A stretch of 63,969 nucleotides of DNA, filler included, from Phoronis australis (lineage: Eukaryota > Animalia > Phoronida): the NCBI GenBank assembly GCA_002633005.1. It is 10 parts of 10 records of this genome, joined end to end, with 100 filler letters (N's around TTAATTAATTAA, not from the genome) between each part and the next. Parts side by side here need not be neighbours in the genome. Positions count along the whole stretch, not along the records: positions 62,886 to 63,969 come from NMRA01001556.1; 9 more parts are not named here. One strand, given 5' to 3'. The first letter of the stretch is position 1; the number at the start of each line of letters is the position of its first letter. Both the position numbers and the translations under genes were made by a program. This document shows, piece after piece, positions 62,786-63,969 of this stretch. Below the pieces are notes generated by a model. That model made no database searches. It was not told the origin of the DNA and saw only the letters and a list, made by a program, of their open reading frames with translations.

Positions 62786-63969
62786 NNNNNNNNNNNNNNN
62801 NNNNNNNNNNNNNNNNNNNNNNNNNNNNNTTAATTAATTAANNNNNNNNNNNNNNNNNNNNNNNNNNNNNNNNNNNNNNNNNNNNTTTAGTAGTTTTACT
62901 ACACTGCCCCCCGTTATGCCATTTTGAGGTTGTGTTCAGTACACTGCTGTACCAAATCTGCTCCCACTGTTATGAGAATGAAACTTAGCCAAAATGTTGA
63001 CAAAACATGTTACTTTCATTTCATAAAATAAAAACTTTGTCAGCCAGTTTATTAGTTATATATTTTGTCACCTCAACTGTACTAAAATGAGAAATTTTCA
63101 TATATCTGAGATCGATGCGTGAGCACCGTAAAATCCGATTGTCCTTCATGTTTTTCGATATTTTGCAACAAGTTAGTTCCTCCTGAATGATTTGAACGTT
63201 TTACTACTGATCACTTAGGGCTATAGTACCCCTAAATACCATACATGGCTCCATTTTGTAAAAATACGATTATGTCCTCCACAGTGAACAGGGTTTGACA
63301 TGAACTCGACAAATGTAGGTTATTTTGATTTACAGTTGTTTTACTTTGCAATTTCCTCATGGGTATTTCTTCACACATACTCAAGTCAGATTTTCTGTTG
63401 ATCAAGTGTTCATGCAATGCATTGTAATATCAAATTAAGGATAAGTTTGGTTGCATGACCGCAATTTTTCCCACGACTTAAAACAAAAGACCGCAGAAAT
63501 TTTACTGACGAAATACCGGGTTTGCAGTTTTGCAAAAACATTCGAATGACAAGACAAACTCCACCACTGTCCATGGCAACTCGTCGCATGTTTTTCGCCC
63601 ATCGGTCCTATCAATGTTTTCCTTTGTTGTGTCATTGTTGGATGTAACAACACAGGTTGCATGGATATAAAACCCTGCGTACATCAGACCGTTGCCGATA
63701 AGTGCTCGTCATTATATCTTTATTATAACAACGGAAACAATGAAGATGCTAATCTATTGTTCTCTATACGACCAGGTTTCCCGTGGATGACCACAGAAGA
63801 GGAATCCCAAACTATCCACAAACAATGACCACGCACCTTAGTAACTATTACCGCGCACACGAATCCTTTCCGTAGAACCTAAACACCAAATTTTTATATC
63901 CGTGTATTGTGTTGTATTGCTCATGGTAGGGGTTCAGACTATGTTGTATTAAGATTCCAATCCCCAACC

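Noticed and set aside
63435-63830. Cys-containing frames (CCVIVGCNN) as a THAP domain
   Set aside because: The downstream FP, W and CS.HF THAP motifs are not present in proper spacing.

Overview
This is AT-rich animal (probably marine invertebrate) genomic DNA made of about ten contigs joined by artificial 100-bp linkers (44 N + TTAATTAATTAA + 44 N), plus one ~900-N gap. Adjacency across linkers is therefore not biological evidence. Host genes that can be supported are a complete five-exon thioredoxin with an unusual WCLPC active site and a GC-AG intron (15046-20999), two duplicated fibronectin type III exons each carrying a Cys pair (6999-7256, 11892-12137), and three plexin-like Sema/PSI exons (35765-36941, minus strand). 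A few unidentified exons or ORFs are also present. One whole contig (37505-41452) is bacterial: a Fusobacteriota-type 16S-ITS-23S rRNA operon fragment, best read as a co-sequenced associated bacterium. The rest is mostly mobile DNA: a Mag-like Gypsy LTR element nested in a Sola3-like transposon remnant, an Academ-like remnant, Penelope and CR1/L2 RT fragments, Helentron-like (HINE) ends with an internal satellite, a TA-flanked Tc1/mariner-type non-autonomous element, several MITE families (two with 5-bp TSDs), an inverted cluster of tRNA-derived repeats, and minisatellites. I found no convincing new multi-gene system. The best leads are the variant thioredoxin, the fusobacterial contig, an orphan USP Cys-box fragment and a hyper-conserved 145-bp core within an old duplication. 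Family names come from recalled motifs, not from database searches.
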